A stretch of DNA of 64,000 nt, taken from positions 96,348,001-96,412,000 of the forward strand of contig NC_042997.1 in the NCBI RefSeq assembly GCF_006345805.1, given 5' to 3'. Below are positions 24,331-37,332 of this stretch, piece by piece. The position numbers and the translations under genes are program-made. The DNA is from Octopus sinensis. Taxonomy: Eukaryota. The first letter of the stretch is position 1, and each line of letters opens with the position of its first letter. The notes beneath the pieces are model-generated. The model saw only the letters and a list, made by a program, of their open reading frames with translations, did not search any database and was not told the DNA's origin.

Positions 24331-25230
24331 TATTCAATTTGACGTACAATTTCTTTAATTAATATTTTTAGATAAACACTTTGAAACTTCCGATACTGCT
24401 ACAATGTGTCACATACAACAGGGTTTACTCTTAACGTTTGAGGCAAAATTTTGTATTTGAGAAGTTATTTCGTTACAAGTTACAGTGTGACAACGGACAA
24501 ATTCGTGTTTGATAAGTGGCAATACACGAAACTCTCAACTTTTGACTTACTTTATATCTTCTGATATATGCATACTATACATATATGTGTAAAAAAATCT
24601 CATCACGCAATCAAACCAATGAAAGAGCCTCTACCTGGTCGCTCGATGTAAAATCCTAAATTATTAATTCACACATTATTAATTATCTTATAACAGCAAT
24701 ACCTGGAATAATCATGCATTAGATGGGAAAATGTGATCATGAAAAGTAATATTCTTAAGATTATAAACCTGGAAGAGTGCAGGAGATTTTATTACACCTG
24801 TAAAAGTACTGGCCAAATATTACTTCAAGTAAAGTAAAGAATAAAATAATTTTTACTTAAAATATTGCAGCTAAAGTTTAAATTTTAATATCAAAAAATA
24901 TTTTATTATAGTTTACGAATAACACTATACAAATTTAAGTAGAATTTTGCTAATTTACTACCTTCGATAGAGAAAAAAGTGACTAATTAAAAAACTTACA
25001 AATTAGCTGAACAGTTTTGTACAATAACTTTAAAAGATGAGAACTGTAAAGAGTGATTAATTAGAAGATTTGTCATTGTTTGCTACAATATTTTGAGTAA
25101 AGAGATTCTTATTCTGTACTTTACTTGCAGTAATAGTTTATCGTATAATTTTAGAAGTGTAATAATTTGCCCTGTACTTTCTAGGTTATGATCTTCAGAA
25201 TATTGCTTTTCATGCTCGCATTTTTCCATG

Positions 25231-25308
<78 letters not shown>

Positions 25309-25334
25309 TTACACACATATACATATATATATAT

Positions 25335-25600
25335 AAAGTTAATCCAAACAAGAAAACACAGAAAAAAAGAGAAAAAAAAAACACAGCAACGCAGGACGTG
25401 GAACAGTTAAAGTATTATTGACGCTCAGGAAAGAAGGGAATGAGGCTTTAACGTTTCGAGCGGAGCTCTTCGTGGGAAATAAGGAGAAGGAAAGATCCCA
25501 AGAAGGGAAGACAGAGGGAAAAATATTTGAGCTGGTGGTGCTCAAGAGATCACATGTTGAAAGAACAGAAGTTGAGAGGTAGTCGAATCGTGGTTTTTAA
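25335..25600 (-). mobile_element. Small non-coding element with a decayed minimal hammerhead (25446-25480); same family as 53760-53968
   Basis: Minus strand: ATTT CCCACGA A GAGC TCC GCTC GAAA CGTT AAAG; 3' end tttggattaact abuts (TA)n. Confidence 0.6.
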
Positions 25601-26299
25601 AAGCAAGAGAGTTTCAAAAAAGGAATGCGTGTGTGTGTGTGTGTGCAAGGATGACAAGTGTGTTTGTGCGTGCGTGTGTGTGTGTGTGTGTATGTTTGAT
25701 AAATAATAAGCAATGACAAAGTCAGCTGTCATAAGGCACTCCTTTATGACTACTAGCTGTTTGTATCAAGCCAGGTCAAAAAACAAAGGGCTATATGTAT
25801 CATGTGTGTGTGTTGTTTGTAGTGTGTGTGTGTGTGCATGTGTGTGTTCGTGTGTATATGCGTAGAGTGTGGGTGTGTGGCGAGTAACTGCTTAACCTAG
25901 TGCGTGTGTGCGTGTGTGCTTGTACGTGCGTGTGTGTGTGTAGGATGTATGTGTAGGTTCATTTGTGTGAGAGTGTATGTATGTACGTGTATGTGTGTGT
26001 GTGTATGTGTGCGTTTGTATGTGTTTGTGTGTATGTGTGCGTGCGCGGATAGGTGTATATTGTGTATGTATATCTGTCGGTGTGTATGTGAGTTTGTGTG
26101 TGTTTGTACGTGTGTATGTGTGTGTGAGTGTATATATGTAAATGTGTCTGTGTGTGCGTATATATATACATATATATATATATATATGTATATATATGTA
26201 TATATATGTATATATATATATGTATATATATGTATGTATATATATATATGTATATATATATGTATATATATATATATATATATACATATTATACATATA

Positions 26300-26470
26300 T
26301 ATATATATATTACAATTCTGTTTCTGGGTGTGGCTGTGGAGTTGTTAGCTAACCTCTACATAGTTTTATGGATTTTGATGAAACTTCACACGTGAGTAGA
26401 CCTCATGGCTGCAAACCTCATGGAAAACTCAGGTTGTTGAAAAAAATTGATAATAGGGCCCATAGAAGGG
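26300..26470. mobile_element. Probable DINE/MITE-like repeat fragment
   Basis: ggattttgatgaaacttcacac motif typical of such cores; weak. Confidence 0.3.
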
Positions 26471-27152
26471 ATCCTTATATATATATATATCCAAGGGAAA
26501 TAACCCATTCATTTTCCTAACTTATTTGGTATGAATCAAATTGAGTATGCCTATTTCTTAGTATTTGAACTGTTAGAGATATTTTCACAATTTATCCAGT
26601 ACAACACTTAAACAAGTAAATACTATTTTCCTAAAGAATATATCCAGTTATTTAGGTTAGTGACTTATTCAAGAATATTTAAACACTAGCCCCACTGAGG
26701 GTAATATTCCCTAGGAACGTACGAAAGTCCTTTTCTGAGTTATTTACTTTCAATTGCTATTATCTCATATCGGATTACCTTGTTATTACGTAACATACTT
26801 CACGATTCTAGATTACATACCTTATTAGTATGTCCTCCTATATAATCTGTTCTATATAATCTGGGAACGCATTAAAGCCCTTTTCGGGACTACTTTTTTT
26901 GAATTCTTATCGAGTTTTCATGTTTTTATATAAGTGACTTCACAATTTGGGTATTCATAACTTACTGGGAATTCCTAAAAACAAGATCCTGTGTAAGAGA
27001 GTTAAGTATTCACTGTAAATGCACAAAAGCCGTTTTAAGGACTACATACTTTGTATTGATGTTATTGGATTAGCGAAACAATTATGAGAACGGAACCAAG
27101 AGATAAACCCCGCTTTCCCGGGAATTACCGGGTACGTCATCTAGTATATATA

Positions 27153-27607
27153 TACAACGGGCTTCTTTCAGTTTCCATCTTCCAAATCCACTCACAAGGC
27201 TTTGGTCGGTCCGAGGCTATACACGCACACAGATTACACACACATACACACACAGATATATATATAAATAGGGAGTGGCTGTCTGGCAAGTGGCTTACTC
27301 ACCAACCACATGCTTCCGGGTTCAGTCCTACAGCGTGGAATCTTGGCCAAGTATCTTATACTATAACCTCGGGCCGACCAAAGCCTTGTGAGTGGATTTG
27401 GTAGACGGAAACTGAAAGAAGCCCGCCGTATATATATACGTGCGTGGTTGTCAACGCACTATCGCTCGACAATAGATGTTGATGTGTTTACCTCTCTGTA
27501 ACTTAGCGGTTCGCCAAGAACCGATAGAGTAAGTACTAGGCTTGCAAAAGACTGTACTCCAGCATGGCCGCAGTCAAATGACTGACATAAATAAAAGAAT
27601 AAAAGGA
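27153..27607. mobile_element. SINE family B: minus-strand piece (27153-27220) and plus-strand copy (27269-27607)
   Basis: gggagtggctgt..ccgggttcagtcc..gtggatttggtagacggaaactgaaagaagccc..cagcatggccgcagtcaaatgactg. Confidence 0.88.
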
Positions 27608-27611
27608 TATA

Positions 27612-27830
27612 TATAAGGGGATGTTTAAAAGTTCTTGGTCATGAGTAAAAGAAAGTACAGGAAGATCAGTTAATTATGATTTTATTCAACATATTTCCCT
27701 CACAGATTCACACACTTATTGCTGCAGTCCTTCAGTTTTCTAAGCCCTATTAAAGAAATCGGAAGTTTGGGCCTCGAGCGAAGCCCTTTCGAGAAGCCTT
27801 TAAAGCCAATAACTTTTCTGCCCCACTCCT
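27612..27830 (+). mobile_element. Tc1/mariner-type left-end fragment; partial second copy at 28245-28300
   Basis: aaaagttcttgg..gatcagttaattatgattttattcaacatatttccctcacagattcacacactt occurs twice. Confidence 0.6.
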
Positions 27831-27964
27831 ACGTATATGTATGTGTGTGTGTATGTGTATATATATATATATGTATGTATATGTGTGTGTGTATATATAT
27901 ACATGTATGTATATATATATATATGTATGTATGTATGTATATATATATGTATGTATATATATAT

Positions 27965-27997
<33 letters not shown>

Positions 27998-30024
27998 CCT
28001 TTGCAAAGAAATCTTTATGCAATCACAATATCTAAAGACAGATTTTCTTAAATTAACGATTAGCAATTATATTTCAAAATATCTGTAATAAAATGTAACA
28101 AGAGAAAGTAGAATGATACGAACCTTGTAGACGGAAGTTTTCTTATTAAGAAAGTAACCGCTTTCGCAGCTCTCTTCTTATCAGCCACGACTAATTGGGA
28201 AATCCGCGTAAAGGAATTTGCTTTTAGTGACTAGTTTTTTTAAGTGATCAGTTAATTATGATTTTATTCAACATATTTCCCTCACAGATTCACACACTTT
28301 TATAATGTCTTGTTTAGTTTCGGATTTAGAATTCTTACAATTCATTCCTATTTTGCCTTTCCTAGTTTGCCATTTCTTACTTTACCTTTTCTAACTTTAC
28401 CTATATGTTAACTAGATGGAACGTTTCTAAGAAATGTATCTTTGAACCGTTGTTTATGGAATGTATCTTGGTGTATTTATTTTGATAAAGTTCAACCGAT
28501 ATAATTTGTCTGGCATTGTGAAGCAGTAAACAAAATTTTTCGGTTTCCAATTCATATTTGTATCAACCTTCAATTTCTTCTCTTTCTTGAAATTGTTATT
28601 TACTTTGTGCGCTGGAACAAGTATAAACAAGACAAACTAAAGAACTCGATGTTATAACAGTGAGAAAATTAGATTTTATAAAGAAAACGTTTAAAGATGA
28701 AATGCAACAAATGTATAGTTTGCTTCCGCTCTGAACTAGAGTTCACCATAGTACTTACTAAGAAGACGAGGCCAAATCTGTACAAACCGTTATAGGGTGG
28801 TGGTTTGCGTTGTTACCGAGTAATAGTTTCTTGTCTTCATGTGCATAATTAAAAATGATCATGAGTAGAATAATTGCATTTTTTATGAAAGAAATATCTA
28901 TCCTGGAAAGTTATATATTGCATGTTAAATATTCCGAAGATGCCAATGATGTAAGGGAATAAAAATATTTTATTGGGTATTAAGAAATCTCAGATAGCTA
29001 TTAATGTGTACCTAGAAAGGGATAAAGAATTTTGCGAATATTTTAGTGCCATGGCAAAAGCAATGATAAAAGGTGTATTAGTGATGTATAACTTTAAATG
29101 TTATTTTATTTTATTTAATAAATTGGTTATTCTATTAAGTGTGTTTGTAAAAATATAAGTAAAGTAAATTAAGAGAGACTATTGTGTTGTGACAACAGTG
29201 GTTGCTAATTGGAAGAATTTGAAGCATATTATTATGCAACAATTGCAAAATTGTAGTGAAAATCCTAGGAATTCACTTGGCTATCTAATGAAGGAATAGA
29301 GATGCTTTTAATTACGAAATTATACATTTTCTAGCGAAGAAATTAATGGGTTTGCAGTGGTAGGATTTTATTTTTAAATATGCTTAATATGTGCTTAATG
29401 CGATGGTCTCAAGAGAGTCGTTATTAAGACTGATGGGATTGATTAAGCATTCCAGATGCTATTCAGCATGAGAAGTGAATAGATGATTTAGAGTACGTGT
29501 TTATTTGCAACGTTGCTAGAGGCTGTCAAAATGACATGTTAGTAATTTTTAAATTACCATAATCCGCATGACAGAGTAGATGCGTATGAAGGTACATGTG
29601 AGAAATTGCGCATGAGAGCGTCGTGGAGTTCCCATTTAATATGAAAATACCGATGTGCAAACAAACTTACACGCACACACAACCACGCAAGCATATATAC
29701 AAACGTACACGCGCGCACACCCTCACGCATACACACGCATACACACAGCAAAACAAGAAAGAGCATGTAAGAATCATTCAACTACGGTAATATTTGGATA
29801 TATTCTTAAAGCCGCAATTTAATCACACGCAGCCTCTTTCAGATCTTGTCGCTAATTCAGTTCTTAAACAAATTGAAAACTGATAGCATTTTTTAAAAGG
29901 ACTGGTCCCTAGCTACATTTTGGCATTAAAAAATTCATATTTCATCCAGTAGAATATAGTTTAAATCAAAATTTGTAGCAATGTTTTATATATATATATA
30001 TATACATATATATACATACATATT

Positions 30025-30106
<82 letters not shown>

Positions 30107-30146
30107 TGTGTGTGTGTGCGCGTGTGTGTGAGAGAGAGAGAGAGAG

Positions 30147-30180
<34 letters not shown>

Positions 30181-30682
30181 TTTAATTAAGTACCTATAAA
30201 AGGCCATAGATAATGGTTTGAAATCCATCGCCGTTTTCAGCATTTCTCAGTACATTTCAGAAATCAAAAGCATACATATAGAAGAACATAATTATATAGA
30301 TACATAGAATGATGCATAGATACAGACATGGCAAAAGAAAGATAGACACATACATTACACACACACACACACTGAGATAGGCACACACATACACACACAC
30401 GCGCGCGTATTTTTAAGAAGACATGCATACGTATTTACATGCTGACATATCTTCAAATATAAAACAGGCATCTATTCAGAAAGATACCATATCTCAGAAA
30501 TCTATTTTTAACTCTAGCTTCCTTTTTTGACTGGTTCTTTTCTACGTTAAGCTTTTAATGTTTAATTTCGAATCGATAGTTTTCTTTATTGTTGTTATTC
30601 ATGAACATATGTGTAGTTTTGTCCTTGGTTGCAGAAATTTCGGTGAGTTTTTCGCGGCGCACCGGTTTCTAATGTACACACA

Positions 30683-30732
<50 letters not shown>

Positions 30733-30759
30733 CGCAGATATATGTTTATGATTCAAATT

Positions 30760-30940
30760 ATGGCACAAGGCCAGCAATTTAGGGAAGGGGTCAAGTCTAT
30801 TTCATCGGATTATTTTATTGATCCCGAAAGGATGAAGGCCAAGTAGACCTCGACGGAATTTGAACTCAGCGCATAGAGACAAATGAAAGGCTACTAAACA
30901 TTCTGCCTGATGTAGTAAAGATTTTGCAAGCTCGCTTTAC
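30760..30940 (-). mobile_element. SINE family A, degenerate
   Basis: ggcacaaggccagc...gaaaggatgaagg..gacctcgacggaatttgaactcag. Confidence 0.75.
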
Positions 30941-31054
30941 ATGTACAATCACTCACACACACACACACACACACACAGACACACACACAAACTCATTCCC
31001 TCACACACACACATACACTCACACACACATTAATATATATATATTCTTTTTCCT

Positions 31055-31102
31055 CCTCCTTCTTCTTCTTCTTCTTCTTCTTCTTCTTCTTCTTCTTCTT
31101 CC
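31055..31102. repeat. (CTT)n trinucleotide tract
   Basis: Seen directly. Confidence 0.95.
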
Positions 31103-31104
31103 CT

Positions 31105-31347
31105 ACCAAGAATTCAGAACGACCTCGAACCCACAAGAGTAAACAAGAGAGACAGAGACAGGCAGAAAGAAGGAAAATGCCCCTTGTATTTAAATACTAT
31201 GGAAATATTCTTAAAAAAAATTTTCTTTTAATTTTTCCAAAATTTAATTGTTTTCCATACTTACAGTTGAAAAAGACTCAATGACTGAAACCGATACTAA
31301 AATGTCTTTTATAAAATTATTTTAGCATTTTCTACCTTGACTTTTTT

Positions 31348-31365
<18 letters not shown>
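31105..31365 (+). mobile_element. Unclassified interspersed repeat; second copy at 48800-49040
   Basis: aacgacctcgaacc.acaagagtaaa...ccaaaatttaattgttttccatac.tacagttgaaaa shared between the two loci. Confidence 0.8.
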
Positions 31366-31386
<21 letters not shown>

Positions 31387-31426
31387 CTCGTTTGTTCCTT
31401 TTCAACTTTATATATATATATATTAA

Positions 31427-32385
31427 TAAATAAAATATATGCATACATACATATATATACGTACGTACCTACATCTACATGTATATATACATGCATATAT
31501 AAATATATAAATGTGAGTACAGGACACCATAAATAGACGTAGAACTCAACGAGAAACGAAAACGTAAAAACAAACATGGAAACGGACAGTTTTTTAACAA
31601 CGAAAAAACAGAGTACAAGACAAACAATACAAGGAAAATTCCCCTTCATCAGCTGCGTGTTTCGAAGGTAAGGACAGAACACGACTCGTCGAACTAGCCC
31701 TTCCTGCGAAAGAATTAAATAAAATTCCTTTGCAGAGGGGTAAAAACAAGGAAAGAAAAAATGTGACAAAAACAGGACGTAAAAACAATGCAAATAAAAA
31801 AACAAATACAAAATAAAAATACAAATACAAAAAAATACAGTACAAGTAAAGATTAAAAACAGGACAAGGAAACAAACATTGAGGGCCTTTCTTTAGCCTA
31901 GACGATGGAAAAATTCAAGAGTGCAGGAAAAAAGCATGTTCACTTGTAGGAGGCCGCCAGCGAAAGGAAGTGTTCGACTCAGCTGTGTGAGAGATGAGGA
32001 GGAGTGAAGAGAGAGAGAGATAGAGAGAGGAAAGGAAACCAGAGAGGGTGAAAAATAAGAAGGAGAGAGACAGGCAAAGAGGAAGACAGACAGGAGGAAG
32101 GGAAGATCAAGCAAAGGGTTACAGAGTTTCGCGTCATAATTATATATAAAAACTTACTTGGAGACAGAAAAGAAACGAAACGACGCGAGGGCGCCCAGTC
32201 ATGCAATAAATTAATAAATAAAATATATGCATACATACATACATATATGTACGTACGTACATCTACATGTATATATACATGCATATATAAATATATATTT
32301 TTGAGTACATGACACCACAAATAGACGTAGAACTCAACGAGAAACGAAAACGCAAAAACAAACATGGAAACGGACTTTTTTTTAA
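31427..32385 (-). mobile_element. Non-coding element with ~165-bp terminal direct repeats (pseudo-LTR-like)
   Basis: 31427-31590 matches 32209-32380; the left end abuts (TA)n. Confidence 0.7.
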
Positions 32386-32529
32386 TACATGAAATACAAA
32401 TAATAAAATGGAGAAACTAATTTAGTTTGTTCATCATCTTTCGGGTATTGGAATGTTGAATTATTTATTCATTTAAAAGAATGAGAACCTTAATAGCATA
32501 TATATATATATCTTATAATTCAATACATA

Positions 32530-34110
32530 TAAGATTGTGTGAATGGACTATATGTGGCTTTGTTTGGAAAAATGAGTAGGATGTTTGTGTTGTGTGTATG
32601 TGTGGTATGAGTGCGGGCTTTGGTTGACTTTTTTTGGTGGCTTCTTTGTTTGGGGTAACGGAATATGATTTTTGTGGTTTGTATATGTATGTTGTGGATG
32701 GGGCTTTTGGTTGTCTTTGGTGGTCTTTTTTATGAATGCGAGGGGCGTACCTTTCATTTTTAATCTCTTGATTATTGTCCATCTGTCGTCGCTCTCCTCG
32801 AGCAAAGTTGGTGGTGGTTGCTTTGGGGTGTCCTTCATGGTGTTCTTCTCTTCGCTTTGGGGGACCTTTGATGTAGGCTGCCTCATAGTGGTGTTGGTTG
32901 GCTTCTTTTTTACTTTCGTGTTGTCAGTTTGTTGTAGATTAAGAGGCTGTTTCGTGGTGGTGCAAGTCGACTTTCTTTTTCTCTTTTGGGTCGTCAGTCT
33001 GTGATGGTTTGGTGGGTTGTTCCATTATGGAGCCTATTGACTTCCTTTTTGCCTTTCTTCGGCTTGTCAGTTTGTGGTGGTTTGATGGACTGTTTCATCG
33101 TGATCCTGGTTGTCTCCCTCTTGCTTTCTTTCGGATCGTCAGACTGTGGTGGGTTGCTAGGTGGAGGGGGTGCTTCTGGTTGTAGGACCTGTGTGCATGT
33201 GTTTTATGTGACCCTTTTGCCCACACTTAAAGCTCCTTGGATTTCTTCCCTCCACTATGAGTCTTGGTATGGTGTCATCCGGCCGTGTTATTTTCTCTGA
33301 TATTTCTTCCAAGTTTCTCTGGGTGGCCTGGATTATTAGCTCCAGACCTTGGCCTCAACCTGTTTTGTTGATGTAGCTCTATGACTTGCAATATGGAAAT
33401 GCTACTTTACAAGTCAAGTAAGACAGTCCCCACAAGCCACATCACATCAATTTCCGGTAGGACCTCCTGTATTTTTATTTTTGAAGTACGCCGACTAGTT
33501 TACGTGGGTAGCAGCACCAACTCGTTTGTCTTCAAAGGCACTGTGGAGTGTTCCTTTGCTTCTTCTTCAGAACCGAACCTTACTTCCACAGTACTGCATT
33601 TCCCCTCTTGCTACAGAAGTTGGTTTATCCCATATTGGGCTGTAGACCTTTTTCGATACTTTCTTTTGGCAGGTGTTCCATTTCTCTCGTTTTGAGTGAC
33701 ATAGTTTTAAAAATTATACTTTTCCGTATTGTCAGTTGCATTATCTCGCTGGGAGGTGTCAGGTTTATTTTCGTGCCATCTCTCTTTAACAGGTTTATAG
33801 CCCATTTGTTTATCTCGGCTACAGGCGCAAACACGTGCTTGTAGTTTTCGGTTGTAAATCATTGCTTTTGCTGGTGGTAGAATTTGAAATACTTGTGGTT
33901 TGTTTTTTTCTATCTTTTTCAATGAGTGAGAGGCGGGAAAGCTTCATCGTACACATTTGGCATGTGGGCGTTGTTTTCCATTAGTTTGAATTCCATAGTA
34001 ACGTCAGCATGTTGCTTATTGTCCATCAGATCTATTGTTAGTAGAATCGCCCGCAGTGGAGCAAACTTACCAGTCTCCGCGAAACGTCAACCGCTAAGCG
34101 TAGTTGAATT
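32530..34110 (-). pseudogene. L1/Tx1-type ORF1 relic (RRM-like region plus CCHC knuckle), copy 1; no ORF2 seen
   Basis: DGTKINLTPP, RGKCSTVEVRFGSEEEAKEHSTVPLK, LPEID, LIVEGRNPRSFKCGQKGHIK; homologous to 39780 and 41670. Confidence 0.7.
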
Positions 34111-34232
34111 AAAGGGACAGCATTAAAAAAGCACAATAGTCACATGCACACACATACATGCGTGCGTGCCTGTATGCGTATCTATGCATGTGTATGTTCT
34201 TAAAGACTGACAGATGCATGTATGTATGTATG

Positions 34233-34278
<46 letters not shown>

Positions 34279-34373
34279 TATATATATATGTATATATATA
34301 TGTATGTATATATATGTATATATATATATATACATATATATATGTGTGTGTATGTATATATATAATATATGTA

Positions 34374-34415
<42 letters not shown>

Positions 34416-35110
34416 CACATATACACACACATGTGTGTATGTGTGTGTGTATATTTGTATATGTAAATAATTAAATTCATATTATATTTCGAAAGTTTCA
34501 TGGTATAATATTAGTCTGTAAATAAATAATTTATATAGCACTTAAACAAAGTTCTATTTTCAGGTAACCCATTTAGCGTACGGGTTCTGCAAAGAGAAAA
34601 TAACCATTTTCATCAAGTTATATGTTTGGTAATTTGTAAACATATGTGTTCTGCATTATTCTATTTCCAATGCCACAGGTTACGTCTTTTGATTGGCAGG
34701 GCTTTCTGTCAGAAATTCATTTTGTTCCGAGTTTGAATTAAACGAATATTTCCACATGTCTAAATTTTAAGGCCAGTTAAGTGGATATATTATACGAAGT
34801 ATTTTAATGCTTTTAACATCAATTGACGCCTCCCTCGACATATTTACTCATATTATTTATAATTACAAATCATTTCATTAATTTTCAATCTGTGTCTAAT
34901 GTTTATTAGTTGCAATTGATCTTGATTCGGATTTGTCAGTCAGCCACACTTTCTGTGAAATATTGAGCGTATACAAGTAAATATCACAGTTCTTTTCGTC
35001 CTTTTTGGACCGCTAATAATGGCTCCAGATAGTTATAAACTACTGCTTTGCATTGCAATATCACGTTGTACAAGGTCTCCATTTGAACTCGTCACTTTTA
35101 CACACACACA

Positions 35111-35165
<55 letters not shown>

Positions 35166-35214
35166 ACACACATATATATATATATATATATAATATATAT
35201 ATATATAATATACA

Positions 35215-36068
35215 CAAATTAGAGAAAAACCGTTATTATGTTATTCAAACAATGATTGACATAAACCAAATCATAAATTTAAAAAATATATATTTTAAAA
35301 CATATAACTAGATCACAAAAAGTACAAAGATGAATAAATAATATATAATAAATAAAAAGACTACGTACGTTACATGGTTATAATTTAAATTCGAATTACA
35401 ATTAAATTAAAATTTAATTGGAAAACAATTCAATTTAAAAATATAGTCACTCCTCAGGCCAACAATGATAACAATAATAGTTAAATAAATAATCAAATAG
35501 AATTAAAGAATATTTCTTAAAGAAATAAAATCATGATTGTTGTTATAGAAGAAACTCCATTAACTAAACTTGAAACTTAAAACATTAGAACCAGGTGCCT
35601 ATAATACATTTATAATGTTAAATATTTAAGGTAAAAGATAGAGTAAATAGGCAGATAAATGTATTTATCTATGAAGATTTAATTTAGCCTGAAGTAAAAA
35701 CATTAATAAACAATAGAATATATTTAAACTATCTATACACTATTTTAATTCAGAAACTATTTTACAAAGCAATAACACTTAATACTTTTAGATTTTAATT
35801 CACACATAATAATTATAAAATAATAAAATTATATAAAATTACGTATCTAAATTATAATCAACAAATATAGAAATTAGGAATCCATATTTTTTCAATCAAT
35901 AAACATATAAATAAATAAATAAATTACTCCATTATTACTTAAATAAATATTATATAAACAAATATTATAGATATCATTCCGAAAATATTTATGAAATATA
36001 AAAATTAAAAAATCCAGAGCTAAAAACGTATTTCTTATCGTTTATAAAATTATTTGCGAAAAAAGTAC

Positions 36069-36140
<72 letters not shown>

Positions 36141-36480
36141 TATTATTATTATTATTATTATTATTTTTATTTTTATTATTATTATTAACAGTACTAAAAA
36201 TATAATAAAAACCTTTACTTATACTAAAAAATAATTTACAATCTCAATCACAAAGTGACAAACTAATAAATTTACAATTTAAGTTCAGATATAAAAATCA
36301 TAAAATAATAATAATTAAATAAATGTACATATCTAAATTATCACTAACAAATAAAAAAAAAGAAATTCATATGTATCAATACTTATATAGATTACATTAT
36401 TATTTCTTAAATAAAAATATATACTTATTTCTCCGAAGATGTATTATGAATTATGTAAATTAAATAAGAATCTTCCCATA
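35215..36480 (-). mobile_element. Extremely AT-rich non-coding element with a decayed hammerhead; interrupted by (TTA)n at ~36070-36190
   Basis: Left end abuts (TA)n; carries the motif at 35359-35460. Confidence 0.55.
35359..35460 (-). ncRNA. Decayed type I hammerhead
   Basis: Minus strand: GGC CTGAGGA GTG..TATA.TTTAAATT GAATT...AATTC.AATTTAAA.TATA..CAT GTAA CGTACG TA GTC; GAAA mutated to GTAA; palindrome ACGTACGT retained. Confidence 0.55.
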
Positions 36481-37332
36481 ATATTGATGTTTCGACAAAA
36501 AGCGGGATAGATTTTCCTGACTCACCGTATAGAGAGTTTGTGCACTTCTCTAGAGATAAGCCACGCCTGGTTTAATTTGCGAAATACTATCATAGATCAG
36601 CTACTCGTATAGTAGTCGAGAATCAGGTTTGTATTGCTGCAGTTTAATTTTGCACTGTTAAATTGATGAAGGCTTGTTACCAATTAAACAATACGTATAA
36701 GAAACAGCATAAATCAGAAAAACTGAAATATATTAGAGATTATACAGAGCACTCTGAATTAAATACAATAAATATAAATACTTTCTTTCTGCACTATTGA
36801 TATAGAGTAAAGTGGTAGTCTCATTTAAAAAGCAGTTGTAAGTTAACCAGGCACCGTAGTAAGCAACGTGATTTACATATTCCTGCTCTTATTTAACTCA
36901 GTGCTGCTTTATAATATTCGATTTTTTTCCTGTTTTTCTTATATACGCTGTGTTGAGCATGGATTTTTATTGTTCAATAAATGACGAGCCGTCAAATGCA
37001 AATTATACAAAGTACGATGTCCACCCCCATGCTACTCTTATTTATAACAACTGCAAATATATATTATCGAGATTATTGATTGTAGACGGAATCCGGTTAC
37101 GTCTTCTCCGAGAAGCAGTCAACAAACCGTTAAAATATTCTTCAGGTGACTGTTTTCTGGGGTTTTGTTTTGTCTTTTTCGCTACATTAATAGTATTGAA
37201 AGAACATACATTCTTAATTAACCCATCTGCTCTGTAACCGCATAATATATATGTTATGCCATCAAATCCGTTCCCTTTATATATATTTTAGATGTTGTGC
37301 AGTGAAAAGGCACATTTTCATGTAATTATTAG

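Noticed and set aside
25160-25205. CTGAAGA...GAAA on the minus strand
   Set aside because: No stem II or III pairing.
26690-26735. CTGAGGG-TAATATT-CCC-TAGGAACGTACG hammerhead-like relic
   Set aside because: Too many core changes to support; may be a very old copy.
35215-36480. Mitochondrial insertion (NUMT)
   Set aside because: No recognisable mitochondrial protein, tRNA or rRNA in trial translations; a hammerhead relic and a (TA)n-abutting end explain it better.
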